This document shows, one piece after another, positions 9,083-20,000 of a stretch of 20,000 nt of DNA. The notes under the pieces are model-generated. The model did no database searches, had not been told where the DNA came from, and was given only the letters and a program-made list of their open reading frames with translations. The number at the start of each line of letters is the position of its first letter. Within the stretch, counting starts at the first letter, position 1. Made by a program: the position numbers and the translations under genes. The stretch comes from Chiloscyllium plagiosum (lineage: Eukaryota), in contig NC_057751.1 of assembly GCF_004010195.1 (NCBI RefSeq), forward strand, positions 15,034,219-15,054,218. The letters run 5' to 3'.

Positions 9083-9255
9083 AGAAAGAATTGAAAGATC
9101 ATGAAAAGGAGAATGTGAGGCGCATACGGGAAATTCAGAAGAAATGCAGGGAGAAGGACCAAGAGCGAGAACTGAGTGGCCCCAAACCTGTTAAAGCGCT
9201 GTGGAAGTCCCAGAAATATGAATCCATTCCTTCAAAAGTGATGGCACAGTTACAG
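9083..9255 (+). CDS. ENKD1: ENKD1 coding exon 3 (KKELKDHEKENVRRIREIQKK...KALWKSQKY...KVMAQLQ)
   Basis: Acceptor tttctgttttag, donor CAG|GTAGAT; 173 nt, phase 1 to 0. KDHEKEN.RRIREIQK is characteristic of ENKD1. Confidence 0.95.
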
Positions 9256-9810
9256 GTAGATTTGGGCGAGCAATGAAGACAATACTGTGTTGTTAGCAAA
9301 ATATTGGGATGGTTTTCTCATGACTTCAGGACAAAAGCATGAGATAGTTAGGACTAACTTGCAAAACTGTTTTCTGTATGGAACACTGCTTATTTTCAGC
9401 CAGAATTATGAACGTGCCTCTCAACTTGGTTGCAATACTTCTGTGGCTAAATAGACTCATTATTACAATTCACTCAAGAGGAGTGGCTCCTTGAGTACAG
9501 TTAAAAAGAACATCTGGAGTGTTTAGTGGAGAAATTGGATAACACAGTTCTATTTTGAAAAGAAAATTCAGTAAAATCTGTAAATACAGAGCAGATAAGG
9601 CTGTATTACTTGAGGAACAGAAGTTGAAATGTGTTTAGGTTCTAAGATCCTTTTATCATAATTGTAAGAGGTGAAAAGTTGATTGATTGACCCAGTTTTT
9701 CACAAATGCTGCTTGACTCCTGAGGACTGTATTTTGTTACATTTGCAGATTTCCACTACCTGCAGGATTTTGCAGATGTTTTGTAGTTTCTTTTAGTGTG
9801 CTTGTTAATT

Positions 9811-11258
9811 TTCTTTTCATTCATCTGTGGAAAGTGGGCAATGCTGGCTTGCCAGTGTTTATTGCCTGTCCCAAGTTGCCCTTGAGAAGCTGGTGATGTG
9901 CCATCTTTTTCAAAATTGCAGTCCACCTGCTGTGGTTGACTCACAATACCATTAGTGGGGGGAATTCCAGGATTTTGACCCAGTGACCGTGAAGGAACAG
10001 CAATATATTTCCAAGTCAGGATGGTGAGTTGTTTGGAGAAGAACATGAAGTGAGTGGTGTTCCATTTTCTATGCTGCCCTTGTCCTTTGATTAAAGTTAA
10101 AAACTGGACTATAACCTGGTGTTGTGTGATTGTTAACTTTGTACACCCCAGTCCAACTCTGACATCTCCAAATCTTGCCGTTTTGAGGTGGACATGGTTG
10201 GAAGGTGTTGTCTGAGGATCTTTGAATTTCTACAGCACATCTTGCAGATAGTAGCAGCAGCGTGTACTGAGTGCCAGTGGTGGAAGGAGTTGTTACTTGT
10301 GAATGTAGTGCCAATCAACTGGGCTGTTGTATCCTGGATAGTGTCAAACATCTTGAGTGTTGTTGGAGCTGCAGCAATCCAGACAAGTGAGGTGTATTCC
10401 AACACACTCCTGACTTGTGTGTCATTGATAGTGCACAGGCTTTGGGGAGTCGAGAGGTGAGTTACTCACCACAGAATTCCTAGCCTCTGACCTGCTCTTG
10501 TAATCATGTGTTTATGCGGTGAGCATAGTTGATTTCTGGTCAATTGTGACCCTGAGAATGTTGATAATGGGGGATTCAGTGATGTTAAAGGGTGATGGTT
10601 AGATTGTCTCTTACTGGTGATGGTCATAGCCTGGAATTTGTGTGAATGTTATTGCCGCTGGTCAGTCCAAGCCTGGATATTGTCCAGATATTGTTGCATT
10701 TGAACATGGACTGCTTCAGTATCTGAGGAGTCGCCAGTGGTGCTGAACAATGCAATCATTGGTGAATATCTCCACTTCTGACCTCATGGTGGAGGGAAGG
10801 TGAAGCAGCTGAAGATAGTTGGGCCTAGGATGCTACCTTCAAAGACTCCTGCAGAAAGTCCGGAGCTGAGATTCCTGACCTCCAATAATCACCACCATCT
10901 TCCTATGTGCCAGGTATGACTCCAACCAGTGGAGGGATTTGCCCCCTGGATATCCATTGATTCTAGTTTTGCTAGGGCTCTTTGATGTCATATGCAGTCA
11001 AATGGAGCCTTGATGTTACTACTGTTGCCTTACCTTTGGAATTCAGTTCTTTTGTCCATGTTTGAGCCACGGCTGTAATGTGGTCAGGAGCTGAGTGACC
11101 TGGCAGAAGCCAAAGTGGGCGTTGCTGAGCAGGTGCTGCTTGATAGCACTGCTGATGACACCTTTGCTGGGGCACTAATTAACTGGATTGGATTTATTCT
11201 GCTTTTTATGTACAGGACATTGCTGGGTGAATTTTCTACATTGTTGGGTAAATGCCAG
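9811..11258 (-). mobile_element. 5'-truncated CR1/L2-group LINE (RT pseudogene)
   Basis: The minus strand gives GVFEGSILGPTIFSCF (decayed GVPQGSxLGP), IFTNDC (decayed FADD) and LEYTSLVW...DTIQD..AQLIG. Many frameshifts. Confidence 0.85.
10091..10175 (+). mobile_element. Penelope-like terminal fragment nested in the LINE
   Basis: tggactataacctggtgttgtgtga...caccccagtccaa..ctgacatctccaaatc matches the reverse complement of ~8803-8871. Confidence 0.7.
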
Positions 11259-11616
11259 TAATAATAGCAAATAAATTAATCTGGACTTAACTGCAAAATT
11301 CTTCATAAGTTTACTTGCCATGAAAATGGTGCGAAATATTCAGTCATGTTTCGAAAGCAATTCTGACATTTTGCTTGAAACTTTTGAAACCATATTGACA
11401 TTTCTTTCTTTTCTATGTTACAACATGTTGTTTTCAAATTTGTGAACAGACATTTTTGTATGCTGATTTTTCTTTTATCCCTGAATAATCTTGTTAGCTG
11501 CAAGAAAGCTTGTCCTTCTCTTTCCTGCCATCATGGGGAGAATCCTCCAACTTTGTAGAACCAGGAACAAAGGGATTAATGGACAGCAAGTGTTACTTCT
11601 GTTTTCCCTTTTTAGA

Positions 11617-12765
11617 TTATAGAGTCATAGAATTATAGAGTCCGACAGTAGGGAGATAGGCCCTTTGGCCCAAACTGGTCTTCACTGACCTAAATGTCCA
11701 TCAAAGCTAACCCCATTTCCCTGCACTGGCCCCATATCCTTGTGCAACTTTCCTATCCATGTATTTATCCAAATGCCTTTTTAATGTTGTGAATGCACCT
11801 GCCTCCTCCACTTCTGCTGGCAGCTCATTACATATGCATTCCACACTCTGCTTAAAAATGTTATCCCTCAGATTCCCTTTTATTCTTTCCCCTCTAACCT
11901 TCAACTAATGTCCTCTAGTTGTCGATGCCTCAGCCCTGGGAGAAAGACTGAGTGCATTCACTCTGTCCATGCCTCTCATGATTTTATACGCCAATATAAG
12001 GTTTCCCCTCTGCCTCTTATGCTGTGAAGAAAAAAAGTCCTTGCTTGTCCAACCTCTCCCTATAACTCAGACCACTGAGACCAGGCAACATCCTTGTAAA
12101 CTTCTTCTGCACTCTGCAGTTTAATAACATTCTTTCTATAGCAAGGTGACCTAAACTGAAACAATACTCCAAGTGTGGCCTCACCAACGTGGTGTACAAC
12201 TGCAACATAACTTGCCAACCTTTTATACTCCAATCCCTGACCGATGTAGGTCAGTGTGCCTGTGATTGAATTTTGCCCCTTCCTCTGTCCTGCTTGAGGA
12301 AATTGTCCTGAACACACTTAACAAATTTCACCCCATCTAAGCCCTTACCGCTCTGGCAATCCCAGTCTATGTTAGGAAATTTAGGAGGAAATCCCCTCCT
12401 ATGACAATCCCAGTCTCCCTGCCATATTTTTCCTCTAATTCCCATTGATTATTTGGGGACCTATAGTACAACCCCAATAACGTCACCATCCCCTTCTTAT
12501 TTCTTAGCTCCACCCACAAAGCCTCACTTGATGATTCTTCAGTTATTTCATCTCTGATTACTACTGTGCTACTAGCTTTAATCAAAAATGCAACTCCCCC
12601 TGACCTCTTTCGACCACCTCTGACCTGCCTAAAACACCTATACCCTGGTACATTCAGCTGCCAGTCCTGTCCTTCCCTTAGTCAAGTTTCTGTAATGGCG
12701 ATAATATCCCAGTCCCACATACCTATCCTTGCCTTGTGTTCATCTGCCTTAGATGCAGTTTAACC
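11617..12765 (-). mobile_element. CR1 LINE remnant, internally deleted (endonuclease joined to ORF2 C-terminus)
   Basis: APE peptides ALWVELRNKKG..TLLGLYYRSPN and IGGDF..PNIDW at 12290-12760; C-terminal LYTTLVRPHLEYC and NELPAEVEEAG..TTLKRHLD at 11700-12260; tandem tail near 11617-11641. Confidence 0.9.
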
Positions 12766-12935
12766 CAACAGGCATTCCTTACTCCCTATTCTGTTCCAGT
12801 CTGACCTGTCTCTTCACTTTACTGTTTCTGATTACTATATGTGGTCTATTTCTGATTATGTGGTCACACAAAGCAGTGAGCCTATACAGTTACTGCCTTT
12901 GCTGTTGAATTCCTGTATCGCTGGACATCAGAGTG

Positions 12936-13145
12936 CATCTGGGAATGAACTGCCAGAGGAAGTGGTGGAGACTCGTACAATTGCAACATTTAAAAGACAT
13001 CTGGATGGGTATATGAATAGGAAGGGTTTGGAGGGATATGGGCTGGGTGCTGGAAGGTGGGACGAGATTGGGTTGGGATATCTGGTCGGTATGGACGAGT
13101 TGGACTAAAGGGTCTGTTTCCGTGCTGTACATCTCTATGACTCTA
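12936..13145 (+). mobile_element. CR1 LINE 3' end fragment
   Basis: NELPEEVVET.TIATFKRHLDGYMNRKGLEGYG followed by a 3' end with a tctctatgactcta tail. Confidence 0.9.
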
Positions 13146-13284
13146 ATTGACAGTTTTTATTTTACTTTTCAAAAGTGAAATTTAAGTGTTGACCATTTTA
13201 TTTGGAGCCAATTGAATTTCCTCCATACAATGACAGAACTGCATCTCTCCCATCTCTTAATTTCCTCCTCCAGGATGAGATACA

Positions 13285-13458
13285 GTTGTGGAAAATACTG
13301 TGGATGTTGTAAATCTGACAGTGTCACTGGATAGAGTTAATGTTTTGAATCTGATAGGATTTTTCTTCAGAACTGAAAAGGGTTAGAAAATGATGGTTTT
13401 TCTCTTGATGGCAAAGGGGGAAAAGGGAGTAAGGGAAACAGATTGTGATGGTCCCAAA
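13285..13458 (-). mobile_element. Old Penelope-like fragment with decayed hammerhead
   Basis: Minus strand 13374-13335 reads AGTT-CTGAAGA-A-AAATC(CTATCA)GATTC-AAAAC-ATT-AACT. Confidence 0.5.
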
Positions 13459-13725
13459 ACACAGCACTAGGGTCCCAGGTTCGATTCCAGCCTCAGGCGA
13501 CTGTCTGTGTGGAGTTTGCACATTCTCCCCATGTCTGTGTGGGTTTCCTCCCACAGTCCGAAGATGTGCAGGATAGGTGAATTGGCCATGCTAAATTGCC
13601 CGTCGTGTTAAGTGCATTAGTCAGGGGTAAATGTAGGGGAATGGGTCTGGGTGGGTTGCTCTTCGGACGGTCAGTGTGGGCCGAAGGGCCTGTTTCCACA
13701 CTGTAGGGAATCTAATCTAATCTAA
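13459..13725 (+). mobile_element. HE1-type V-SINE, near full length
   Basis: tRNA-derived B-box GGTTCGATTCC (13478-13488), V-domain tgtgtggagtttgcacattctcccc..gtctg.gtgggtttcctcc, and a (TCTAA)3 tail. Confidence 0.9.
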
Positions 13726-13934
13726 AAAAGCAAAAGACAATGGGGTTACTCATGGTGCTGAAGGAGAGATTAAAATGTGAACTTGACATAAATACTTGTA
13801 TGGAAATGAGTCCATTGTGCTGCAGATCCATTAGCTTTGTAATGTATTGCTAGATTTTCTAAAGCACAGAATGGAGGCATGCTCTTTTGCTTCTTTTCCA
13901 TTTTCTTTTTAAATCGTTTGCTGTTTATCCTTAG

Positions 13935-14084
13935 GAGAGTTCACCCCCTCAACATTCTGAAAGTCAGCATTATCTTAAAGCACACTCAAGATGTGGGACA
14001 GGCATTTGCCCAAAGCGATCCTTGTCACCTAGTCCACCAAAATCAGAGACTTGTGCTGAAATCGCAGAAAGCGATAACAGAGAG
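13935..14084 (+). CDS. ENKD1: ENKD1 coding exon 4 (ESSPPQHSESQHYLKAHSRCGTG...DNRE)
   Basis: Acceptor tttatccttag, donor GAG|GTGAGA; 150 nt, phase 0 to 0. H.L.AHSRCG motif is present. Confidence 0.92.
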
Positions 14085-14335
14085 GTGAGAATAGACTTGT
14101 CCAAACTCACTTTCTGCACTAACGTAACATTCATGGTCGCACTTCCAAAATATTTCATTGTGTAGAGCGTCCTAAAGCCACCAAAGCCATTATTGTATAA
14201 ATGCAAGTTTTTTACTTCGTGCACTTTATGATGTATCAATTCAGATTTCCTTATTTTAATTGTCCACTTTTTTTCTTAAATTTATTTTAAATGTAAATGA
14301 TCAATTATTAATCTCCTTGTTGTTTTCTTTTCAAG

Positions 14336-14505
14336 ATTCAAGTCAAAGGTGTTAATATTGATTTTGTGAGGCATAATGCTCAGAATGCAAGGAGAATGCC
14401 AGTGCGACGCTCCAAATCTCTGCAGTCACTTGCAGAAGTGCTTGATAGGAAAGAGAAGGAACAGCAGGAATATATAAGCAAGAACAAAGGCCAGCTTCCT
14501 CAGTA
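14336..14505 (+). CDS. ENKD1: ENKD1 coding exon 5 (IQVKGVNIDFVRHNAQNARR...KGQLPQ)
   Basis: Acceptor ttttcttttcaag, donor TA|GTAAGC; 170 nt, phase 0 to 2. DF.RHNA and KG..P.Y motifs. Confidence 0.92.
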
Positions 14506-15146
14506 GTAAGCAGGGACTATTGGTATATTATAAACCTTACTGATCCTTTTTTTTCTCCCCCTCTCATCTTTTGCAATCATTTATTTAAACCAGTCCATTA
14601 CTACTGCAGCACTGTGTGCATTTTTTTAATTCTAGAGACATTCTTGTCTTATCTTAAACTTCCATCTCTGGAACCATCAACATTTCTCCGTTTTATGCCG
14701 TCTTTGTCATAGTTCTTCTTAAATTTTGGAGACCCTCTAAAACTTGAAATCCAATTTTTTAGATGTGCTTTCTGTCTCTGCATCTCAATATGTTAAAATT
14801 AAACTTAATGTAGAGTTTCTTTCTCTGTCTTATCCTCAGAGGTTCAATTCTCTCTGGCTTTCTTCCCTTCTGTGGTCTGCAAGCCTTTAACTCCAGGTTG
14901 ACATTTGTTTATCACTAGTTCCTGATGTACCTTGTTTGCGCTTTTATTGATTTTCCATTTTGATTGTGATCTTTAGCCTTGGTTTTTCTCATTTGAAGGA
15001 CAGAGTTATGAGTTGTTGTAACATGCACCACATATTGTTGAATTGCGTGCTTTACCTATCTCCCTGTATTTTTCGCTTTTAATTGAATTTTTCTTTTTCC
15101 TAGTTTTCGGTTGAGGATACTTAATTCATATTTTGACTGTTTTCAG

Positions 15147-15283
15147 TTTGATTGATCGGAGAAATCAATGGCGTAAAGAGGAAGAGGAACGAAAGAAGAA
15201 TATCCCTGATCCGAGCATGCCTCCTGGACATACTAGGATGCCAGAGAATGAACGTTTGGAAACACTTCATTCCCTGCAACAAA
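15147..15283 (+). CDS. ENKD1: ENKD1 coding exon 6 (YLIDRRNQWRKEEEERKKNIPDPSMPPGHTRMPENERLETLHSLQQ)
   Basis: Acceptor gttttcag, donor A|GTATGT; 137 nt, phase 2 to 1. PDP.MPPGHTRMPEN.RLETL lies in the enkurin domain. Confidence 0.95.
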
Positions 15284-15849
15284 GTATGTGTGATAGGCTC
15301 GTTCTGATTTAATGGCAATCAATCAACCTAAAGTTGGTTAATCAATCTGTATTTTTTCATCAATTTCCTAAGCATGCACTGCTCTGCAAATTTGCTGCTT
15401 GTTCTTCAATCGTTAATGTAATAATTAGTTCACTTTTAAAAACCAGAGTTAGTTTCCAGTAGTTGCAGTTGTGGAATTTATAGTGATTTATGAGACAATT
15501 GCTGCTCATATGATATAAATGGTTCAGAGACCATCAAATAATATGAGCTTAGAGTTCTCCAGCTGTTGTTGTAACTTAATGTGAGTGCAATATCTGCACC
15601 ATGAAGCACATAAATATTTCATGTGAACATCCAGGACCATGAGTTTTAGGGGTCTGTCATTACTGGAATCCTGTTGTTTGAACATTTATTTCGGATACTC
15701 CTGTGTGACACCCATTGATGAAACTGATATATTTGCTATCTTTTTAAAATTTACTGATCAGTTCTTGTTAAAGCTCTCGAAGGCAGGAGACATTTTCTCC
15801 TGCAGATATACCAACTATTAAGGTAAAAAAGCTGTGTGAGTTTGACTCG

Positions 15850-17220
15850 CTGTTTGATACACCTGTGAAGAATTATTTCAAAAACTACACATCCAAATGC
15901 AGTTGGAAAGACAGTTGAGGAGCAGAGCACATTTTGCTCCCATACTATTTGCGAGTTTGCAGCTTTCATCTGGTCCATATGCTTGTTCAGCACCGATCCA
16001 AACTTTATATGTCACTGGACCTGACCTCCCATCAACCATGCCCCGAACCCATGCAGGGGGATTCCCATGGCTTGTACACCAAACTTTGTCCCCTTAAGTA
16101 AACTCTCTTATTGGACCCTTGTGTCTGGCATTGGCATTCCTGATGCCATTTCAAACTGCTCCTCCCTCCCCCATGCACCAGTCCAGGAAGGTCAGATTTA
16201 TATGGTGCAGCAAGTCTGCCTGAGCTAACACTGTATATGCGTGAGAGTTGGTCCAATAATTAAATAGGAGCTGGGACAGTTTGGTATCTAGTGAAGTTGG
16301 ACACTGTTTCTTTAAGCCTGCCTTCAAAGTTTGGAGTGTTCTTTCTGCCAGACCATTGGATTGATGGTATGGAGCTGTCCTTATATGACTCATAACATTT
16401 GACTTTAGGAAATACTCAAATTCTCTGCCGGTAAAGGATGGCCTCTTTTCTGTGACACAACACTTCTTGGAATCCGTATATTACAAAAGATGCACACAGT
16501 TTTTCTATTGTTGTTCCTGTATTTAACAAATTAACTCAGTGCACATCCAACCATTGTGAATGCCCATTCACAAAGAATAAGAACATTGAGCTCACAAAAG
16601 GACCTGCACAGTCGATGTGTAACTGAGTCCAGAGTTTACCTGGCCAATTCCACGAATATGGAGGAGCTGTGGGCAGTAATTTTTGTCTTTGTTTGCACTC
16701 TGGGCACTGCCCTACCAACGCAGCTATGTCTGCATCCAATCCTGACCACCAGACCTGTCGTCAGCATATTCATTTTGGAAACTCCTGGGTGACCCTGGTG
16801 GGGTTCAACCAGTATCTGGCTGTGACCTTTTTTCAAGACTATCACTCTTGCTCTTCATATTAATAATATGCCATCCTCTATTGTGATCTGGTCTCTCCAG
16901 GTCCAAAAAGGTTTCAGTTGTTGTGACAGCCGTTTAGTTTCTCTCATCACCAGCTATTTCAGTTTTGCCTTGCCTTTTGCAAACCAAGTCTGATACTGTC
17001 AGCTGTGAATGGATGTGTATTTAGAAAATTTCAAACCATTACGGACTCCTGCAGTAGTCGATCAGCCAGCGGGAGGCAGCTCACTACATCTGCATTTGCA
17101 ACCTGTCCTCCTAGATGGTGTTCCAAGTTGTAATTATTCGTGTTTTGAATTCATATCCACTGTTGAATTCATCCTGAAGCTATGTGTGGCACTGCCTAGT
17201 CCTCTTTAAGTCGACCTAGC
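15850..17220 (-). mobile_element. Gypsy/Ty3 LTR-retrotransposon pol remnant (integrase)
   Basis: Fragments in different frames: HQGHPGVSKM and CPECKQ (HHCC zinc finger), LHIDCAGPF (first catalytic Asp), TAPYHQSNGLAERTLQTLK (catalytic Glu region). Confidence 0.9.
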
Positions 17221-17462
17221 AGGGATGTGTAGTCAATTGTTGTTACAAAACTGCATCGAACAAGTGAGGAGAATTTGGCCTTTTGGTTGCTGACACTAAT
17301 TTTTCAGTTAATTTCTTGAAAAGCTTTAAAAGCTATTTTAATAGACAATAGTAATTAAGTGCAGAATCAGAATTTCAATTTTTCATCATTAAGCTTTTGG
17401 TCTGTGAAATCTCTGACATAATGGTTGCTGTAATTACTTTTGTCTGATAACTAATAGTCTTC

Positions 17463-18418
17463 TGTTATGGTCAACCTTTTGACAGGTCTTGCAGGAACAG
17501 TGTCTTTTATTTACTTGATAAAAATTAGGACCGAAAAAGAGAGTGTTTGTTTGTTTTTTAAAAAACAGTGGTTCTAGTTTTGAAAAACAAGTATCCCAAC
17601 ACCCATCATGTAAACAATTATTTGAATTAGCACTATTTGCAAAGTTGCAGACAATCTGGCACCAAGGATGAAGGTTTTGCTGGCAACAAGAAATAGAATG
17701 GTTTATGGACTAGTGACAAATTAATAATAGAAATGTTTTTGCCTGCCAACGACTGTACCATTGGTTCTGAGGTAAGTGAACAGCTTGAAGGCAGGAATAA
17801 GTTGGAGAGAGGGAGAAAGTTGTTCAATTCTTCCCCAGTTCAGGACTGGTATCTTTGTTGTCTGCGGTCATAACTCCATGTAAACCTAAAGAAAAAAACT
17901 TCTCTTTTGCAATAGTTGTTTTATTCTCTGACTTTTAATTGTGAAGATAACAATTTTGTTTTTATAAGTGTACAAACCCCTTTTTTTAATTCTCTCACTA
18001 ACCACTGAAAGAAACCAGAAAAATAAAATTCAGTGGACACTGAAAAATTATAAGGATTATCTCAACAGCAGAACTTGGGAACAAAGACTACTGAACTGTC
18101 TTTGTAGTTTTTTCCCCTTTGTCCATAATTTACCCTGTCTGTCTGTTTCTGTGTAAGGAGGAATTTATAAGGGAATTAGAGTTTGAATAAGTTTTGTACG
18201 TCAAAGGCTTACAATTGTTTACATGTAGCTAGAGTCTAATTACTTGTAATATCTATCGATTCTTGTTCAGTTCAGAAATGTATTCCATGTTTTCTCTCAG
18301 CGAGGGTCTCGAAAGTCAGGTCAGTTCGGGAACTTTGCATACTTTTTGAAATCTTCAATTTTTGTCATGACTCTGGGAATAGTGGTACTTGATTTCCAAT
18401 GCACAGTGAGTTGTAACA
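17463..18418 (+). mobile_element. Possible solo LTR (~956 bp)
   Basis: Termini TGTTA...TAACA form a perfect 5-bp inverted pair. No TSD was found, so support is moderate and orientation is tentative. Confidence 0.45.
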
Positions 18419-18628
18419 ATTGCCTCACTGTTTCCACTGCTGACAACAAATATTTTTACGTGTAATTAGTCTTGTGTATTTCCATCATTTTCCAAGGAGT
18501 GATATGAGGGAATAATTAAACATATTTGAAGCTGGTGTCTTATCAGTGAGATTGAACAATGATATTTGCAATGTATTATAACTACACTTTTTTAAGCTTA
18601 TTTGGTTTGATCTGTTACCACTCCTCAG

Positions 18629-18789
18629 CCCAACAACAACTGACCAAGCAACTGTTGATGTTCCCTGTAAGAGTGGATACCATTGGCATGCGGAATCGAC
18701 GGACCGACCTTGAAAAGAAGTTGGCTGAAATTGAAGAAGCCATTAAAATTTTTTCACGGCCAAAAGTTTTCATCAAAACCAATGACTGA
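18629..18789 (+). CDS. ENKD1: ENKD1 coding exon 7 (TQQQLTKQLLMFPVRVD...LAEIEEAIKIFSRPKVFIKTND*)
   Basis: Acceptor ctcctcag; 161 nt ending in TGA. EEAIKIFSRPKVF is the enkurin-domain C-terminus. The joined CDS is 1101 nt and open throughout. Confidence 0.96.
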
Positions 18790-19239
18790 GCAACTCAGAG
18801 GTAAAATTTGGCTATTGCATTGACTCTGTAGGAGAATATTTTATTTCTTACTTGAGATAACAGTTTTGAGCAACGTGGTTATGACCTGGAAGGGGGACTG
18901 TGTTGAGGTGTGTAATACCAAAGGTGAATCAACAGCTCTTCCACTCATAACAGTTAAAGTATCAAGATCAGCATAGGATGCATAGTGTCTCAGTGGTTCA
19001 AAGTGGCTTATCTGATGCCAGATCGTTCGTGGTCTGTGCTGAGTTAGCAGTACGGTCAATCCTAGTAGACTTATAATCAACATATGGAATTGGTGTAAAA
19101 AGATATGATGGAAAGACTGGATTAAGCTTGATTGCAATGTGCTCTGCAGTCAACTGTCCTTCATTACCAAGACTCAGGTCCATATGATTGCATGTAGGGA
19201 GCTGTTCGGTGGATTAACCATTCATGCAACTGTATCTCA

Positions 19240-19356
19240 GTCAAGAGTTTGTGAGTTTTGAGATGATTTGCAGCTCAAGTTGAGGTTCTGGATGGAGGTT
19301 TGCTCGCTGAGCTGGAACGTTCATTTTCAGATGTTTCGTCACCATACTAGGTAACA
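19240..19356 (-). mobile_element. Third-family Penelope-like terminal fragment, truncated
   Basis: gtttgctcgctgagctgga...gtttcgtcaccatactaggtaaca; the minus strand gives helix GTTACC/GGTGAC followed by GAAAC. Confidence 0.55.
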
Positions 19357-20000
19357 GGATGACCTCCCAGAGAAAAGCCATAAGTCAGTTCTCTGGCACT
19401 GAACCTGACACTGTGGCGAAGAAGGGAAGGGGGCAGAATAGAAAAGTACTCATGGTAGGGGACTCGATAGTTAGGGGAATCGACAGGAGATTTTGTGGTC
19501 AGGATCGGGATTCCCGGAAGGTATGTTGCCTCCTTGGTGCCAGGGTTCGGGACATCTCCGATCAGGTGTATAAGGTTCTAAAAAGGGAGGGCGAACAGCC
19601 AGAAATCATGTTACATATTGGCACTAATGATATAGCCAGGAAAAGGATCGAGGATATACAAAGTGATTTCAGGGAGTTAGGATGGAAGCTGCAAAGCAGG
19701 ACGAACAATTAGTGTTCTCTAGTTTACTACCGGTGCCACGAGATAGCAAGGTGAGGAACAGGGAGTGGTGCGCAGCTTAACACGTGACTGCACAGCTGGT
19801 GTAGGAGGGAGGGCTTCAGATATGTAGATAATTTGGGATGCCTTCTGGGGAAGGTGGGACTTGTACAAGAAGGACAGGTTGCATCTGAACTGGAAGGGGA
19901 CCAATGTCCTGGGTGGAAGGTTTGCTGGAGTAGTTCAGGGTTTAAACTAGTATGTCAGGGGGGTGGGAACCTGAGCTGTATACCGGAGGTGAGAGTTGAT
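19357..20000 (+). mobile_element. CR1 LINE ORF1 (SGNH esterase domain), frameshifted; element continues beyond the window
   Basis: VGDSIVRG, GARVRD and HIGTNDI blocks; after frameshifts, FWGRWDLYKKDRLHLNWKG (DxxH). Ends ttaaactag at ~19950. Confidence 0.9.

Noticed and set aside
13459..13500. tRNA gene (B-box GGTTCGATTCC)
   Set aside because: It is the truncated tRNA-derived head of the SINE; no A-box or cloverleaf.
14501..14509. Apparent in-frame stop CAG TAG TAA in ENKD1
   Set aside because: The donor splits the codon (TA|gtaag...ag|T = Tyr), so the spliced frame is open and the gene is not a pseudogene.
16151..16845. Domesticated integrase gene
   Set aside because: Motifs are scattered across frames with stops and frameshifts; a decayed copy.
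19359..19712. Host GDSL/SGNH lipase gene
   Set aside because: Intronless, frameshifted and matching the esterase of CR1 ORF1.

Overview
Eukaryotic genomic DNA, almost certainly from a cartilaginous fish (shark), judged by its HE1/V-SINE, DeuSINE, CR1 and Penelope-type repeats. The window holds one complete spliced + strand gene, ENKD1 (enkurin domain-containing 1). It has a CpG-rich promoter with an RFX X-box near 3011, a probable non-coding first exon ending at 3090, and seven coding exons (5764-18789, all GT-AG introns, 1101 nt = 366 aa + stop). Introns and flanks are filled with decayed retroelements: CR1/L2 LINE pieces, SINEs, two probable solo LTRs, a Gypsy integrase remnant and a CR1 ORF1 esterase. 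The most interesting non-coding signals are (i) short Penelope-like inserts with target-site duplications that carry minimal hammerhead-ribozyme cores, one intact on the ENKD1 sense strand inside a 94-bp-arm hairpin, and (ii) an unclassified 113-bp-arm foldback in the intron after coding exon 2. Repeat family names come from recall of consensus sequences, not from a database search.
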